64,000 bases of DNA from the human T2T-CHM13v2.0 reference genome, Homo sapiens: the NCBI RefSeq assembly GCF_009914755.1, contig NC_060928.1; one strand, 5' to 3'. The notes under the pieces are model-generated. The model did not search any database, was not told the origin of the DNA, and saw nothing but the letters and a program-made list of their open reading frames with translations. The position numbers and the translations under genes were made by a program. Below, piece by piece: positions 28,050 to 42,024 of the stretch (position 1 is its first letter; every line of letters starts with the position of its first letter).

Positions 28050-29393
28050 ATTGAGGAGTCAGAAACATATATAAAGGGTAGATTTTATATAGTTAGGGGT
28101 ATATTTCAAGGCACACTGTTTTTGCTATTGTTTTTAATATCTCAGGGTAAAGTGGTTAGTTTTCTTCCAGGGCTGTGGGAAGTGAAGTAAGTGCATGATC
28201 ACACCTCATGGTGGCAAAACAAGATACTAGTTTTGCTTTCTCAGTACCTCCTCTGGTCAAAGATTTGTTCACATCAGCTTATTTAGCTACTTTTAGACTT
28301 GGTATCATTAACATGAAGGTTTGCTTATTTAGAGTTATTTATGTAGATATAACATGAGATATTAATAGACAAAACCGCAATGTTAACATGATGACAGGCA
28401 TATGATATTAAAACTTGAGGGTTAACATATGCCTATAGGGTCCATAAAGTCCCTAATGTTATAATTAAAACTACTTGTGTGAGTCAGAATTATTTTTACA
28501 GCCTTTATCTGCTTTTTTATACAGATCAGAAAAAAGAGCCACACACAGTATTTTTCTCAGATTTCTTTGAAGCCTCTCTGACTTTTTTTCATACTAGGAT
28601 CTTCTATTTTGCCAACATTCCTTGCCTATTTAAAAGTGATATTAATTATTTAGTGACATTAATTATGTATTCTAGAAGCACTTAATAGACATCACTTCAC
28701 ATGTGAAGTGGGGTCTTCTTGCTTAAAACAGGGCTTATAAGACCTATTTAAGTAATATTTGACTTTAAATGTGACATTTTCAGCATGGTCATGATTATAC
28801 ATTCCATTTATCCAAGTAAAGCCAAATAAAAAAAGACAAATCTATTGACCTATGAAAATGATTATGCATTCATAACTAGTAAAGGGAATCAGTCAAGCCT
28901 TTTAGCATGGTGTATAACCATTGTTTTAAGTGGTGTCATACTCAAGAACAATAAATGTATGCCATTAGTTAGAAAATCATCATTAAGTTTTTATGATTAA
29001 GTTTCTATGTTTTAATCTGTAGAACAAACTTTTATATGGTTATTATTTATAAATTCAGGGGGTCAATTGAGATAAAATTCTATTTACCATGAATTTGATT
29101 TCCATTTGTACAAATAAGCCTGTTAAATTAAGGATTATAGATGGTATAAAAAAGAAGAAATTTCAAATTATTTAATTTCATTCTGGTCCACCTAATAATT
29201 CTTGTTATCTTGGTCTTGGGGTAAAGGTAGCAGTGTTTTTAAAAACGGACCTGCTTCTGGATTAAATGAATCATGGAAATCCTGATGCAATCACCTGATG
29301 TGTCTGATAAATGTCAGGTTATTGTGGTGATGTTGTCTAATACAGTGAAGCCTGTCTCCATGGGTTGGTTCCCTATATCAAATTTTAAAATGC

Positions 29394-31722
29394 TGTATTA
29401 ATTTGTTTTTACACTGCTATAAAGAAGTATGTGAGACTGGCTAATTTATAAAGAAACAGGTTTAATTGACTCACAGCTTCACATAGCTGGGGAGGCCTCA
29501 AGAAACTTACAATGATGGTGGAAGGGGAAGCAAGGCATGTCTCACATGGCAGCAGGGAGCAGGGACAGTGCCACACTTTTAACCATCAGATCTCCTGAGA
29601 ACTCACTCACTGTCATGGGAACAGCATGGGAGAAGTTCACCCCCATGATCAAATCACCACCAGGTCCCTCTCCTGACAAATGAGGATTGCAATTTGAGAT
29701 GAGATTGGGGGGACACAGAGCCAAACCATATCACTCTACCCCTGGCCCCTCACAAATCTCATGTCCTTCTTACATTTCAAAACCAATTATACCTTCCCAA
29801 TAGTCCCTCAAAGTCTTAACTCATTCCAGCGTAACTCAAAAGTCCAAGTTCAAATACTCACCTGTGATAAAAAAAAGTCCCTTTTGCATATGAGCCTGCA
29901 AAGTAAAAAAGTTAGTTACTTTCAAGATACAAAGGGGGTAGAGGAATTGGGTATATTTTTCCATTCCAAAAGGGAAAAATTGGCCAAAACAAAGAGGCTA
30001 CAGGCCCCACGCAATTCCAAAACCCATAAGGGCAGTCATTAAATCTTAAACCTTTGAAATGATCTCCTTTGACTTCATGTCTCACATCAAGGGCATGCTG
30101 ATGTGAGGGGTGGGATCCCATGGCCTTGGGAAGCTCCACCCTTGTGGCTCTGTAGGGTACAGTCCCCATGACGGCTTTCATGAGCTGGCATTGAGTGCTG
30201 CAGCTTTTCCAAGCGCATGGTGAAAGCTGTTGGGGGATCTACCATTCTGGGGTCTGGAGGATGGTGGCCCTCTTCTTACTGCTTCACTAGGCATTGCTCC
30301 AGTGGGAACTCTTTGTGGGGGCTCCAACCCCACATTTCCCCTCTGCATTGCCTTAATAGAGGTTCTCCATGCAGGCTTCACTCCTGCAGCAGACTTCTGC
30401 CTGGACATCGGGACATTTCCATACATCATTTGAAATCTACGTAGAGGCTCCCAAAGTTCAACTCTTGTCTTCTGCACACCCACACGCCCAATACCATGTG
30501 GAATCTGCCAAGGCTTAGGGCTTGTCCCCTCTGAAGCAATGGTCAGAGCTGTATCTTGACCCCTTTTAGCCACAGCTGGAGCTGGAGTGGCTGGGATGCA
30601 GAGCACCATCTCCTGAGGCTTCACAGAGCAGTTGGGCCCTGAGTCTGGCCCACAAAACCATTTTTCCCTCCTAGGCTTCCAGGACTGTGATGGGAGGGGC
30701 TGCTGTGAGGATCTCTGAAATGCCCTGGAGACATTTTCCCCATTGCCTTGGCTATTAACATTCAGCTTCTCTTTGCTTATGCAAATTTCTGCAGTGAGTG
30801 GCTTGAATTTCTCCCCAGAAAATGGGTTTTTCTTTTCTACCAAATGGTCAGGCTGCAAATTTTCCAAACTTTTACACTCTGCTTCCCTTTTAAAAATAAG
30901 TTCCAATTTCAGACCATCTCTTTGTGAGTGCATGACTTTACACTTTCAGAAAAAGCCAGGTCACATCTTGAGTACTTTGCTGCTTAGAAATTTCTTCTGT
31001 CAGATACTTTAAATCATCTCTCTCAAGTTCAAAGTTCCACAGATCTCTAGGCCAGGAGAAAAATGTTGCCAGTCGCTTTGCTAAAGTATAGCAAGAGTGA
31101 CCTTTGCTCCAGTTCCCAATCAATTCCTCACCTCCACCTGAAACCACCTCAGCTGAGACTTCATTGTCCATACCACTATTAGCATGTTGATCAAACGCAT
31201 TCAGCAAGTATTTTGGAAGTTCCAAACTTTCCCACATCTTCCTGTCTTTTTCTAAGCCCTCCAAACTCTTCTATCCTCTCCCCATTAGTCAGTTCCAAAG
31301 TCACTTTCACATTTTCAAGTATCTTTATATCAGCACCTCACTTCCAGTAGCAATTCTCTGTATTGGTCCATTTTCACACTGCTATAAAGAACTACCTGAG
31401 ACTGAGTAATTTATTTTTAAAAAGAGGCTTAATTGATTTATAGTTCCACATAGCTTTGGAGGCTTCAGGAAAATGACAACTATGGTGGAAGGCAAAGGGG
31501 AAGCAAGTAACATCTTATATAGCAGCAGGAAAGAGAGAGAGCAAGGGAGGATCATCGCTTTCCATCAACCATCAGGTCTCTGAGAATCCACTATCATGAG
31601 AACAGTATGGGGGAAATCCACCCCCATGATCCAACCACCTCCCACCAGGTCCCTCCCCTGACACATGGGGATTACAATTCAAGATGAGGTTTGGATGGGG
31701 ACACAAGAGTCAAACCATATTA
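29394..31722 (-). mobile_element. Two-LTR MaLR provirus, THE1D-like (LTRs 29394-29733 and 31359-31722)
   Basis: Two homologous LTRs (tgtatt...acactgctataaagaa...aaaccatat(c/t)a) flank THE1-int sequence. ORFs 30938..31264, 30178..30933 and 29912..30181 are pieces of the MaLR internal ORF. Confidence 0.93.
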
Positions 31723-32534
31723 AGGACCTTCTTTCGTCCTGAATTGGTTTGTTATTCTTTTGATATTTCTTCCAGAAGAGTCAACTTCTGATCTTTGACT
31801 TGTAGCATGAGCCTTACCACAAATGTACAGGAAAAAAAAAAAAGAAGTCGTTCAGTGATTATAAAACCTAATAGTTTTATTATAATAATACACACTCATT
31901 TTATGAGAAATTATTCAATGGTTACATTAAAAGTAAGCATGTCAATTTATTGTCCATAATTGCCCCCATCTTTGTACAAGAACACGAAGGTGCTTTTACT
32001 TATACTGAAAGGTATACCACTGAAACACTGTTATATAGTAATGTTTTATTGTCTATAAATAATTATAAATACAATTATAAATTATATGTTGTTAAATATA
32101 AAATTATAATTAACAGTTATAAATAATGTGGAATCAAAAAGTAATAGCAAAACTTTGAAAGATTTTGAAATATAAAATACCACATAGAAATCATGAGATA
32201 CAGCTAAAGTTGAACTTAGAATGAAATGTGTATAATGGCCTACATTAGAAAAAAAAGAAATCACCCATCTCAAGAAGTAAACACATTCATTTCAAGAAAT
32301 AAAAACTAAGAACAAAAATCCGAATAGGAAGAAAGGAAAGATAGTTTAAAAAAATTAAATTGTTTTTGTAAACTAATAAAATCAGCACTCTGCCATCTCA
32401 CTCCGCAAGCTGTTGATGTCCTTTCATTTCTTTCCATGCATGGGTGGAATATTATTTTTTTCTCTTTGTTTTATTTTCATTTCATATTCAAAACATGGTT
32501 AGGAAATGTCAGCATTCTAGTCTCCTTATTTGTA

Positions 32535-35500
32535 TTTTTTTTTAATTAAACTTTTCTTTAGCTTCAGGGATCCACATGTAAGTTTGTTGCATAGGCAAAC
32601 TGTGTGTTATGGGGGTTTGATGTACCGATTATTTTGTCACCCAGGTAGTACGCATAGTACCTTATAGGTAGTTTTTCAATCCTTATCCTTCTCCCACCTT
32701 CCACCCTCAAGTAAGCCCTCATGTCTGTTGTTCTATCCTTTGTGTCCATGTGTACTCGATGTTTAGCTCCCACTTATAAGTGACAACATGCAGTATTTGG
32801 TTTTCTGTTTCTGTGTTAGTTTGCTAAGGATAATAGCCTCCAGCTCTGCCTATGTGTTCTCAAAGGTCATAATCTCATTCTTTTTAATGGCTGCATAGTA
32901 TTCCATGGTGTATATGTACCACATTTTCTTTATCTAGTCTGTCATTGATGGGTACTTGAGTTGATTCTTTGCTATTGTGAACAGTGCTTTGATGAATATA
33001 CATGTACATGTGTTTTTATGGTGGAACAATTTATATTCCTATGAGTATATACCCAATAGGATTGCTGGATTAAGTGGTAGTTTTGCAAAACTGCTTTCCA
33101 CAATGCCAGAATTAATTTACAATCCCATTAGACCTGTATAAGCATTCCCTTTTCTTCACAACCTTGCCAGCATCTGTTATTATTATTATTTTACTTTTTA
33201 ATAATACCCATACTGAACATAGTATCTCATTGTGGTTTTGATTTGCATTTATCTAATTAGTATTGTTGAACTGTTTCATATGCTTGTTTATCCACATGTA
33301 TGTTTTCTTTTGAAAGGTGTCTGCTTATGTCATTTGAACACTTTTAAATGGGTTGTTTGTTTTTACTTGCTAATCTGCTTAATTTCCATATAGATTCTGG
33401 ATATTAGACCTTTGTCAGATGCATAGTTTGCAAATATTTTCTCCCCTTCTGTAGGTTGTCTTAAAAATTTACTTTGTTGATAGTTTCTTGTGCTGTGCAG
33501 AAGTCTTTTGTTTACATAGGTCCCAATTGTCAATTTTTGTTGCAATTGCTTTTGGCATCTTCATCATGAAGTCTTTGTCCATTCTTATGTCTAGAATTGT
33601 GTTTTCTAGGTTATCTTCCAGGGTTTTTACAGTTTTAGGTTTTACATTTAAGTAATTAGTTTATCTCGAGTTGATTTTTGTATATGGTGTAAGGAAGGGG
33701 ACCAGTTTCAATATTATGCATATGACTAGCCAGAATTCCAGCACCATTTATTGAATAGGGAGTCATTTACCTATTGCTTGTTTTTGCCAGCTTTGTTGAA
33801 GATCAGATGGTTCTACATGTGTGGCTTTATTTCTGAGTGCTCTGTTCCATTTCTTTAATCTATGTGTCTGTTTTTGCACCAGTACCATGCCATTTTGGTT
33901 ACTGTAGTCTTGTAGTATATTTGGAAGTCAGGTAATATGATGCCTCAGCTTTGTTCTTTTTGCTTAGAATTGCCTTGACTATTTGAGCCTTTTTTGATTC
34001 CATATGAATTTTTCAAAACTTTTTTTCTAATTATGTAAAGAATGTCATTGGTAGTTTGATTGGAATAGCACTGAATCTGAACATTGCTTTGGGTAGTATG
34101 ACCATTTTAAGAATATCGATTCTTTCTCTCCATGAGCACAGAAAGTTTTTCCATCTGTTTGTGTCATTTTTGACTTCTTTCAGCAGTGTTATGTAATTCT
34201 CATGGACAAAATCTTTTACCTCCCTCATTAGCTGTATTACTAGGTATTTTATACTTTATACTTTTTTGGCTATTATGAATGGGATTATGTTCTTGATTTG
34301 GCTTTCAGCTAGGACATTGTTGTTGTATAGAAATGCTATAGATTTTTGTACTCTGTTTTGTATCCTGAAACTTTGCTTAAGTACTGTATTAGATCTAGGA
34401 GCTTTGGGGCAGAGACTATGAGGCTTTGTAGTTATAGAATTATATTGTCTGTAAAGTGAGATAATTTCACTTCCTTTTTCCTATTTAGATGCCCTTTATT
34501 TCTTTCACTTGCCTGATTGCTCTAGCTAGGACTTCCAGTACCTTGTTGAATGAAATTGGTGAGAGAGGGTATCCTTGTCTTTTTCTCATTTTCAAGGGGA
34601 ATGCTTCCAGGTTTTTCCCATTCACTGTGATATTGGCTATGGGATTTTAAAGATGGCTTTTAGTATTTTATTGAGGATTTTTGCATCTATGTTCATCAAG
34701 GATATTGGCCTGAAGTTTTCTTTTTTTGTGGTATATCTTCCAGGTTTTGGTATCAGGAAGATGCTGGCCTCATAGAATGAGTTAGGGTGGAGTCTCTCCT
34801 CAAGTTTTTGGAATAGTTTCATTAGAAATGGTACCAGCTCTTCATTACACATCTGGTAGAATTTGTCTGTAATTCTTTCTGGTCCTGAGCTTTTTCTGGT
34901 TGGTAGGCTTTTTATTACTGATTCAATTTTGGAACTCATTATTGGTCTGTTCAGGGATTCCATTTCTTCCTGGTTCAGTCTTGTGACATTGAATGTTTTC
35001 AGCAGTTTATCCATTTCTTCTAGGTTTTCTAGCTTGTGTTCATAGAGATGTTTTTAATAGTCTCTGAGGGTTTTTTTGTATTTCTGTGGGGCCAATGGTA
35101 ATTTCCTTTTCATCATTTCTCATTGGGCTTATTTGGATCTCTCTCTCTCTCTCTTTTATTAGTCTATCTAACAGTCTATTAATCATATTTATTTTTTCAA
35201 AAAGCCAACTCCTGCTGGATTTGTTGATCTTTTTATGGTTTCATGAATGTGTCAGTTTCACTCAGTTCAGCTCTGATTTTTATTATTTCTTGTCTTCTGC
35301 TAGCTTTGGGGTTGGTTTGCTATTATTTTCCTAGTTCCTCTAGATAACATGTTGGTTGTCAATTTGAGATCTAACTTTTAGGTGTGGGCATCTAGCACTA
35401 AAAACTTTTCCCTTAACACTGCTTTAGCTGTGTCCAGAGATTCTGGTATGTTGTATCATAGTTTTCATTAGTTTCAAGTAATTTCTTAAGTTCTGCCTTA

Positions 35501-37748
35501 ATTTCATTGTTTACCCAAAAGCCATTCAGAAACAGGTTGTTTAAATCCCTCGTAATTGTATGGTTTTGAGCAATCTTCTTACTATTGATTTCTATTTTTA
35601 TTGTGTTGTGATAGGAGAGTATAGTTGGTATGATTTAGTTGTTTAATTTTCTGAGAATTATTTTATGGCTGATTGTATGGTCAATATTAGAGTGTGTGCC
35701 ATGTGCAGATAAGAATAATGTACACTGTGTTGTACTTGGGTAGAGAGTTCTCTAGATGTCTGTTAGGTCCATTTGGTCATGTGCCAAGATCATGTCCTGA
35801 ATAACTTTGTTAGTTTTCTGCCTCTATGGTCTGTCTAATACTGTCAATTGGAGGTGAAGTTTCCCACTGTTATTGTGTAGTTGTCTAAGTCTCTTCATAT
35901 TTTTGTCTGACAGAGCTAATTTGGAGAACTAGTCTTTGAACTCTGGGATTCTTTCCTCAGTTTATCTATCTTGCTATTAATACATATGACCATATTATGA
36001 CATTCTTGAAGTGAGTGTTCCAGGTGTATCAGATCAGTTTAGTTATATCTTAAGATGGACATTTCATCTTTTACCTCCTGTATAGTTTGTTTGTATTCCT
36101 TAGATTCCTTGTCTTGGGCTTGCACTTTCCTAAATCTTGATGATCCATCTACCTTCTGAATTCTGTATCTGTCATTTCAGCCATTTCAGCTTGGTTAAGA
36201 ACCATTGCTGGGAAACTACTGCAATCATCTGAAGGTAAGAAGACAATCTGGCTTTTTGAGTTGACAGAGTTCTCATGCTGGTTCTTTCTTATCTGTCTGG
36301 GCTGAGGATCCTCCCATCTTTGAAGTTGCTGGCCTTTGGATGGGGTATTTTGCTTTTATCTTCTTTGTTGCTCTTGGGAGTCTGATTGTGGCAGAAGGTG
36401 GGTTCAGTCCACTGACTTCACTTCCGGAGGATTTTAGGAGTCCAAAGCTCAGCTCGGCACTCCTGGGATGAGTGCTCTAACTCTGATCAGCTGGTACTGA
36501 GCCCCCCAGCTTGTTTTTTGGCCCCTTGAGGTTATGAACCTGGTGCACTGGAAGGGCTGAGGTTTTCCTGGTACACTAGCCACAACACTCCAATTTCCAG
36601 GGGCTGCCAACCAAAGTGCTTTGTTGGGACAGAGGCAGTGGGATCTGTGCTTGCTCACATGTGCCAGCAGCTGCAGCAGCATGGTGGGGTGCATGCATGT
36701 TGGCTGGGCAAGGGCATCTAGAGGGGGTAGGGTTGTCAGCCTCTCTGCTAGCACTTGTGCTGATAGTGGCAGTGGTGATGGGGGCACTGGCAGAGCTGAG
36801 GTTGTTGGCACCTGTGCACAAGTTTGTACCAGCAGTGGTGATGGCACTGTGGGGGTGAGTTTCCTGGCATCTGTGTATGAGTTCACATCGGCGGTGGCAA
36901 AGCAGCATCACAAGGAAGGGGTGGCTGGGTGAGCTTGTGCTGGCAAAGTGGTAAGGGGGCCGTGAGTGAGTGCATGCTGGAAAAGCTGCACGGGGAGTCT
37001 TCAGCGAGGGGAAACTGGGTGGGCTGGTGTGCATTGGTAAGGATTAGTCTGCTGGAGCTTTCCAACAGTCAGGCATGGTCTTCTGGCAAAGGAGCTATAA
37101 CGTGAGCCCCCAGGAACTGCCCTGGTTGGGTAACCGAGGCTGCACTGCAAGTGGATGTGGTCAGGCTGGGGCCCCAGGAGATGGCAGTAGATGGAGGGGC
37201 ACTCAGTCATGCCCTCATCCCATGGGCGTGACTGCTCTGCTCTGTCCAGGTCCTACAGTCACCCTGAGGCTAAAGTCTCCTAGAGTTCCTAGAGGAGCAT
37301 GGCAAGCTTTGGGGGATGAGCATCACTGGCCATGCTCCGCTGAAGCCATTCCCATGCCAAATCTTCTGAACTACACAGGCTAGAGCCCTGCCGTGTCATT
37401 TCTCTAAGCAGATCTTTCTGCCAGCTCAAGTGTCTGTGGGGGTCAGGAGGTCTTCTTCTGCTAGGATTCCAGAGGTCCATGATAAGTGTAGGTCACTCCT
37501 CACCTGTGTGAATTACCCCTTCGCCAGGAGTCACTGGAGGCCAGGAATGAGTCCTGGTGCTTATCTACCCTGTGCAGGGTTCTCAGCTTTCTCCCCATTC
37601 AGCCCAGCATTTGTGTCTTCCCCGTGTCCACTCTCAATTCCTTCCCTCTGAAGATCTACTTGTAGGATGCCAGTCTGCCCCGTATCACAGTCTCTTGGTG
37701 GGAGACGTTCCTCCTGGCTGCAGCTAGTCAGCCATCCTGAATCCCGTC
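32535..37748 (-). mobile_element. L1 retaining both ends, with large internal deletions (L1PA15-16/L1PB age)
   Basis: 3'UTR at ~32540, ORF2 remnants ([24 protein letters not shown]), ORF1 piece ~35910-36400, GC-rich 5'UTR to ...ctagtcagccatc. Deletion junctions near 34640 and 35905. Confidence 0.9.
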
Positions 37749-38715
37749 CTATTTCTGTTTCTGAACCACCATTATCCTTGCACTTCCTGTAAAAATGCAT
37801 CCATCAGCATTTAAAATAATTGAATTAAAGCTATTAATCCTTTCCCCCTCACTTTCCTGTCCTTTTCCCTCAATTTCTCATCTTTATTATAGTCCTTTAT
37901 ATCACTCCCCATATTTGTTAAAATCCTTGTCTATGGATTATTAACATTTCCTACATATAAACCCCAAATTTTTCTTGAGAGTTTAAAAAAACACAGAATA
38001 ACTGTGGATGACTTAACCAATAACCTATCTTGGATCTATTCAACTTCAAAATTTAAAAACTTCAGTATCTCATTCTGTGACCATAGCCTTTAATAAGTAA
38101 CAAATAAGCAAACAAATAAAATAAGTAAAAGTATTGATTTTACCAGGATTCTCTTTTCAAACCTCTTCTTTTCTTTACATATCCCTCCATTGATTTCCCC
38201 ACTCCATGCCCATGATTTAAATATCATTTATATGTTCATGTCTCTCAATCCCATTCTTTATAGGTAAGCACCAGAATAGAATGTTTCACAACTTAGTGGA
38301 AGTCTCCAGTGTGATAAACCCATAGGACTTCCAACTAAAGCATTCAACACTAATCTTTTCATCTCCCTGGCAAGGTTCCCTTCAGACCTGGAATCCTATA
38401 TATTGTTAGTGGCATAACTAACAACCTGGTCTCCCAGTATAAGCCTAGGAACTTTTGAATTCTCTGACTTCTCTACTGGACATAAGTAAATTCATTTTTA
38501 CCCTATATTGACTATCCTTTCTCTTTTCCATTCTCCTAACTATTGCTATATGTAACTTCTAATGTGAATTTCTGAAAAAACTTCCACACACATTGCTTAC
38601 AAGTAATGATTTAAAGTGTATAACTTAAAAGACTATAAACATAGATTTCATAAGCTATAAAAAGTCCTTCTAGAATTATAAATCATACACACATGCATGT
38701 GTATATATACATACT

Positions 38716-39111
38716 TGATGTGGTTTATCTCTGTTCCCACCCAAATCTGATGCTGAATTGCAATCTTCAGTGTTGAAGGAAGGGCCTGGTGGGAAGTGAG
38801 TAATTACATCATGGGGGCAGACGTCCCCCTTCTGTTCATGTGATAGAGTTCTCACGAGATCTGATTGTTGGAAAGTGTGTGGCACTTTCCCCTTCTCTCT
38901 TTCTCTCTTTGTCTCTCTCTCCTGCTCCCCCATGGTAAGACATGCTTGCTTCCCCTTTGCCTTCCACCATGATTGTAAGTAAGTTTCCTGAGCCCTCCCA
39001 GCCATGCTTCCTCTATAGCCTGAAGAACTGTGAGTTGATTAAACTACTTTTCTTCATAATTTACCCAGTCTCAGGTAGTTCTTTATAGTAGTGTGAAAAT
39101 GGAGTAATACA
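38716..39111 (+). mobile_element. MSTA/THE1D-like MaLR solo LTR
   Basis: TG...CA ends, perfect TSD atact (38711-38715, 39112-39116). Confidence 0.93.
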
Positions 39112-39884
39112 ATACTCCACACACAAACATATGTACCTGTGGTGGTAAATGCTTTATAGATTTCTTTAGAGTTTTGAAAAATACCTGATACCCAAAATGT
39201 TTCTATCCACTGGCCAATGTCTCCACTCAAGTCATTTTGTATGAACACGTGGGCTGACCTGACTCCCATCTATTTCATAGACAGTATCTCCTACCATTCC
39301 TTGCTTCAAAACATATGCCAGTTCTAAATAGCGTTGATTATTATTCTTTAAAGATACTTATTATTACTTCACACTTCTTTCCATTTGAGCATTTTGTTAT
39401 CTCTCCCTTAGAAATAAACTTCTCTGATTATTTAACTAGGAAATTCCTATGTATCTTTCAAAACAAAGAATAAATATGTTCTTTCTTAGGAAGCCTTTTG
39501 TATAATGGTTTATTTGTTTGAAATGATGTTTCACAACTTGAGGTGAGTTGTACATTATTCCTATTTAGGTATGAAATTGTATTTGCAGTTATGTTTCAAA
39601 TCTATCTTCAATAGTATGTGTTAATGTCATTTACTTTATATATCAAGAATGCAGGATAATGCCTGGCACACAGTAAGCTTTGAATGAGCAGAGAAAATGG
39701 ATGATTAGCTGAGGGGTTCTGAAACAGACAGTATCATATTGTTGAGTGGCCCTGCGCTCTCAACCATCAGCAGTGGTTTCAGTGGTGTTCATGCCTTTTG
39801 AGTAGCCTTTTCCCTGCTTATAGAATCCCAGAAGTCTGACAGTCTTTCTTCATTTCATCCCATATTTGCCCCCTTTATTTCAAG

Positions 39885-40178
39885 GGGATTGGGGAGATGT
39901 TGGTTAAAGGATGCAAAATTTCAGATAGATAAGAGCAATTAGTTCAAGAAATCTATTGTGCATCACGGTGACTATAATTAATAACAATATATTGTATACT
40001 TGAAAATTCCCAAGAGAGTAGATTTTAAGTGTTTTTACCACACAAATATGATAAGTATGTGAGGTAATGCATATGCTAATTAGCTTGATTTAGCCATTCC
40101 ATGATATATACATGTATCAAAACATCATATTGTATAACAAAAATATATGCATTTTAATGTATTAATTAAAAAGAAAAC
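39885..40178 (+). mobile_element. L1MA 3' end fragment
   Basis: gggagatgttggttaaaggatgcaaaatttcag...gtatgtgaggtaatgcatatg. Confidence 0.85.
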
Positions 40179-40362
40179 AACCTTATTGACTTTTTTTTTG
40201 GAATGTCAAGGGAATCAACATTTGACATGAGGGCTCTCCGCGGATTCTTCCTGGATAACTTTATCTCTATTCCTAGCTGCTGCGATGATGGCTGTTATGA
40301 TCCACAAGTCACACATGTCTCTCCCCTCATGAAGGTCAAAATTTAGTATTACAGTGCAATAA

Positions 40363-40363
<1 letters not shown>

Positions 40364-40394
<31 letters not shown>
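40364..40394. repeat. (CA)n microsatellite
   Basis: Seen directly. Confidence 0.97.
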
Positions 40395-40396
<2 letters not shown>

Positions 40397-41017
40397 TAAT
40401 TACAGCAGTTTAAAATGGGTGACTGAGATCTTCCCAAAAGTAAAGGGAATATCAGTGCATACTAACACATGAGAATATGTTTGAAACAGCACTGTTAGTC
40501 AGGACCAGAAGATTTCAGATATCCAGTTAATATATTTTTTAAAGAACACCTTTAGAATTATATTACAACCAGATCTTCCACAGGAATAGTCTAAATGGGC
40601 GATGGAAACTAACTTCACTCAGAGATTCAGAAAATTTGAGAGAGAAAAAAAGTGGGAGATGAGATGAAAATGATGAGAATATGTAAACTGAGTATCCGTA
40701 CATGTGTTTCTGGTATTCTGTCGTTCACCTCTAGTGTGAATGGGAAATAAAAGCTTCAGATTAGAACTAAGGAGCAGTGTGCAAAGACTGTCTGCAGATG
40801 GAGTCAGGACAACTACCCTGGGCATAGTACCCGGGGGCAAAATATTAATATAATCTTAATATAATCTGAGTGACAAGCCAAACATTTTCTGGTTCTGTTA
40901 AACATATGATTCAAAAACTTCACTTGAATGCTATTTTAGAGAGGGAAAACTAGTTTCAGTGCTAAATTTGTAACAGTAATTGAAAATAACTGAACAATTT
41001 TATCATTAAGAATGCTA

Positions 41018-41321
<304 letters not shown>

Positions 41322-41717
41322 TTATGTTAATTGATATCTTAGTGAATAGATGTTTACTCTTACTTATTTTTCAATAAATTATTCTTTACTAAAGTATACT
41401 ATTTTCTTTAATACTCACTGGGTTCATTGAACAAAAGGGCCTGGAATAAAATAAGCAAAAATAGCAGATATTTGTTCAATTTTCACATCCTACAGATTTC
41501 AAAAGATTTTCTAACAACACACAGCATGAAACTCACATAATATGAAGACACAAAACTGGCCCAGATATACAGCATTCAAAGGAGAATACTTTAGACCTAT
41601 CCCCTACTACATTATTGTTTTGGAAGATTACTTAGAATATATTTTAAAACCCACAATACAAACATTTATTTTAATAAAGTTTATCTGCAGGAAAAATTGG
41701 TACATTATGACCCATGC

Positions 41718-42024
41718 TTTTTTTTATTATTATTTTTTTCTGAGATGGGGTCTTGCTCTGTTGCCCAGGCTGGAGTGCCATGATGCCATCTCGGCTGACT
41801 GCAACCTCCACTCCCAAGTTCAAGCTATTCTCCTCCCTCAGCCTCCTGAGTAGCTGGGACTATAGGCATGCACCACCATGCCCAGCTAATTTTATTGTAT
41901 TTTTAGTAGAGATGGGGTTTCACCACGGTTTTCAGGCCAGACTTGAACTTCTGACCTCCAATGATCCTCCTGCCTCGGCCTCCCAAAGTGTTGGGATTAC
42001 AGGTGTGAGCCGCCATGCCTGGCC
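41718..42024 (-). mobile_element. AluS/J
   Basis: Full dimer; imperfect TSD cccat(g)cttt. Confidence 0.93.

Noticed and set aside
30178-30933. 251 aa ORF as a host gene
   Set aside because: It is the MaLR/THE1 internal ORF remnant; kept only as part of the provirus finding.
36449-37800. Dense overlapping 100-150 aa ORFs on both strands
   Set aside because: Expected from a stop-poor, GC-rich L1 5'UTR.
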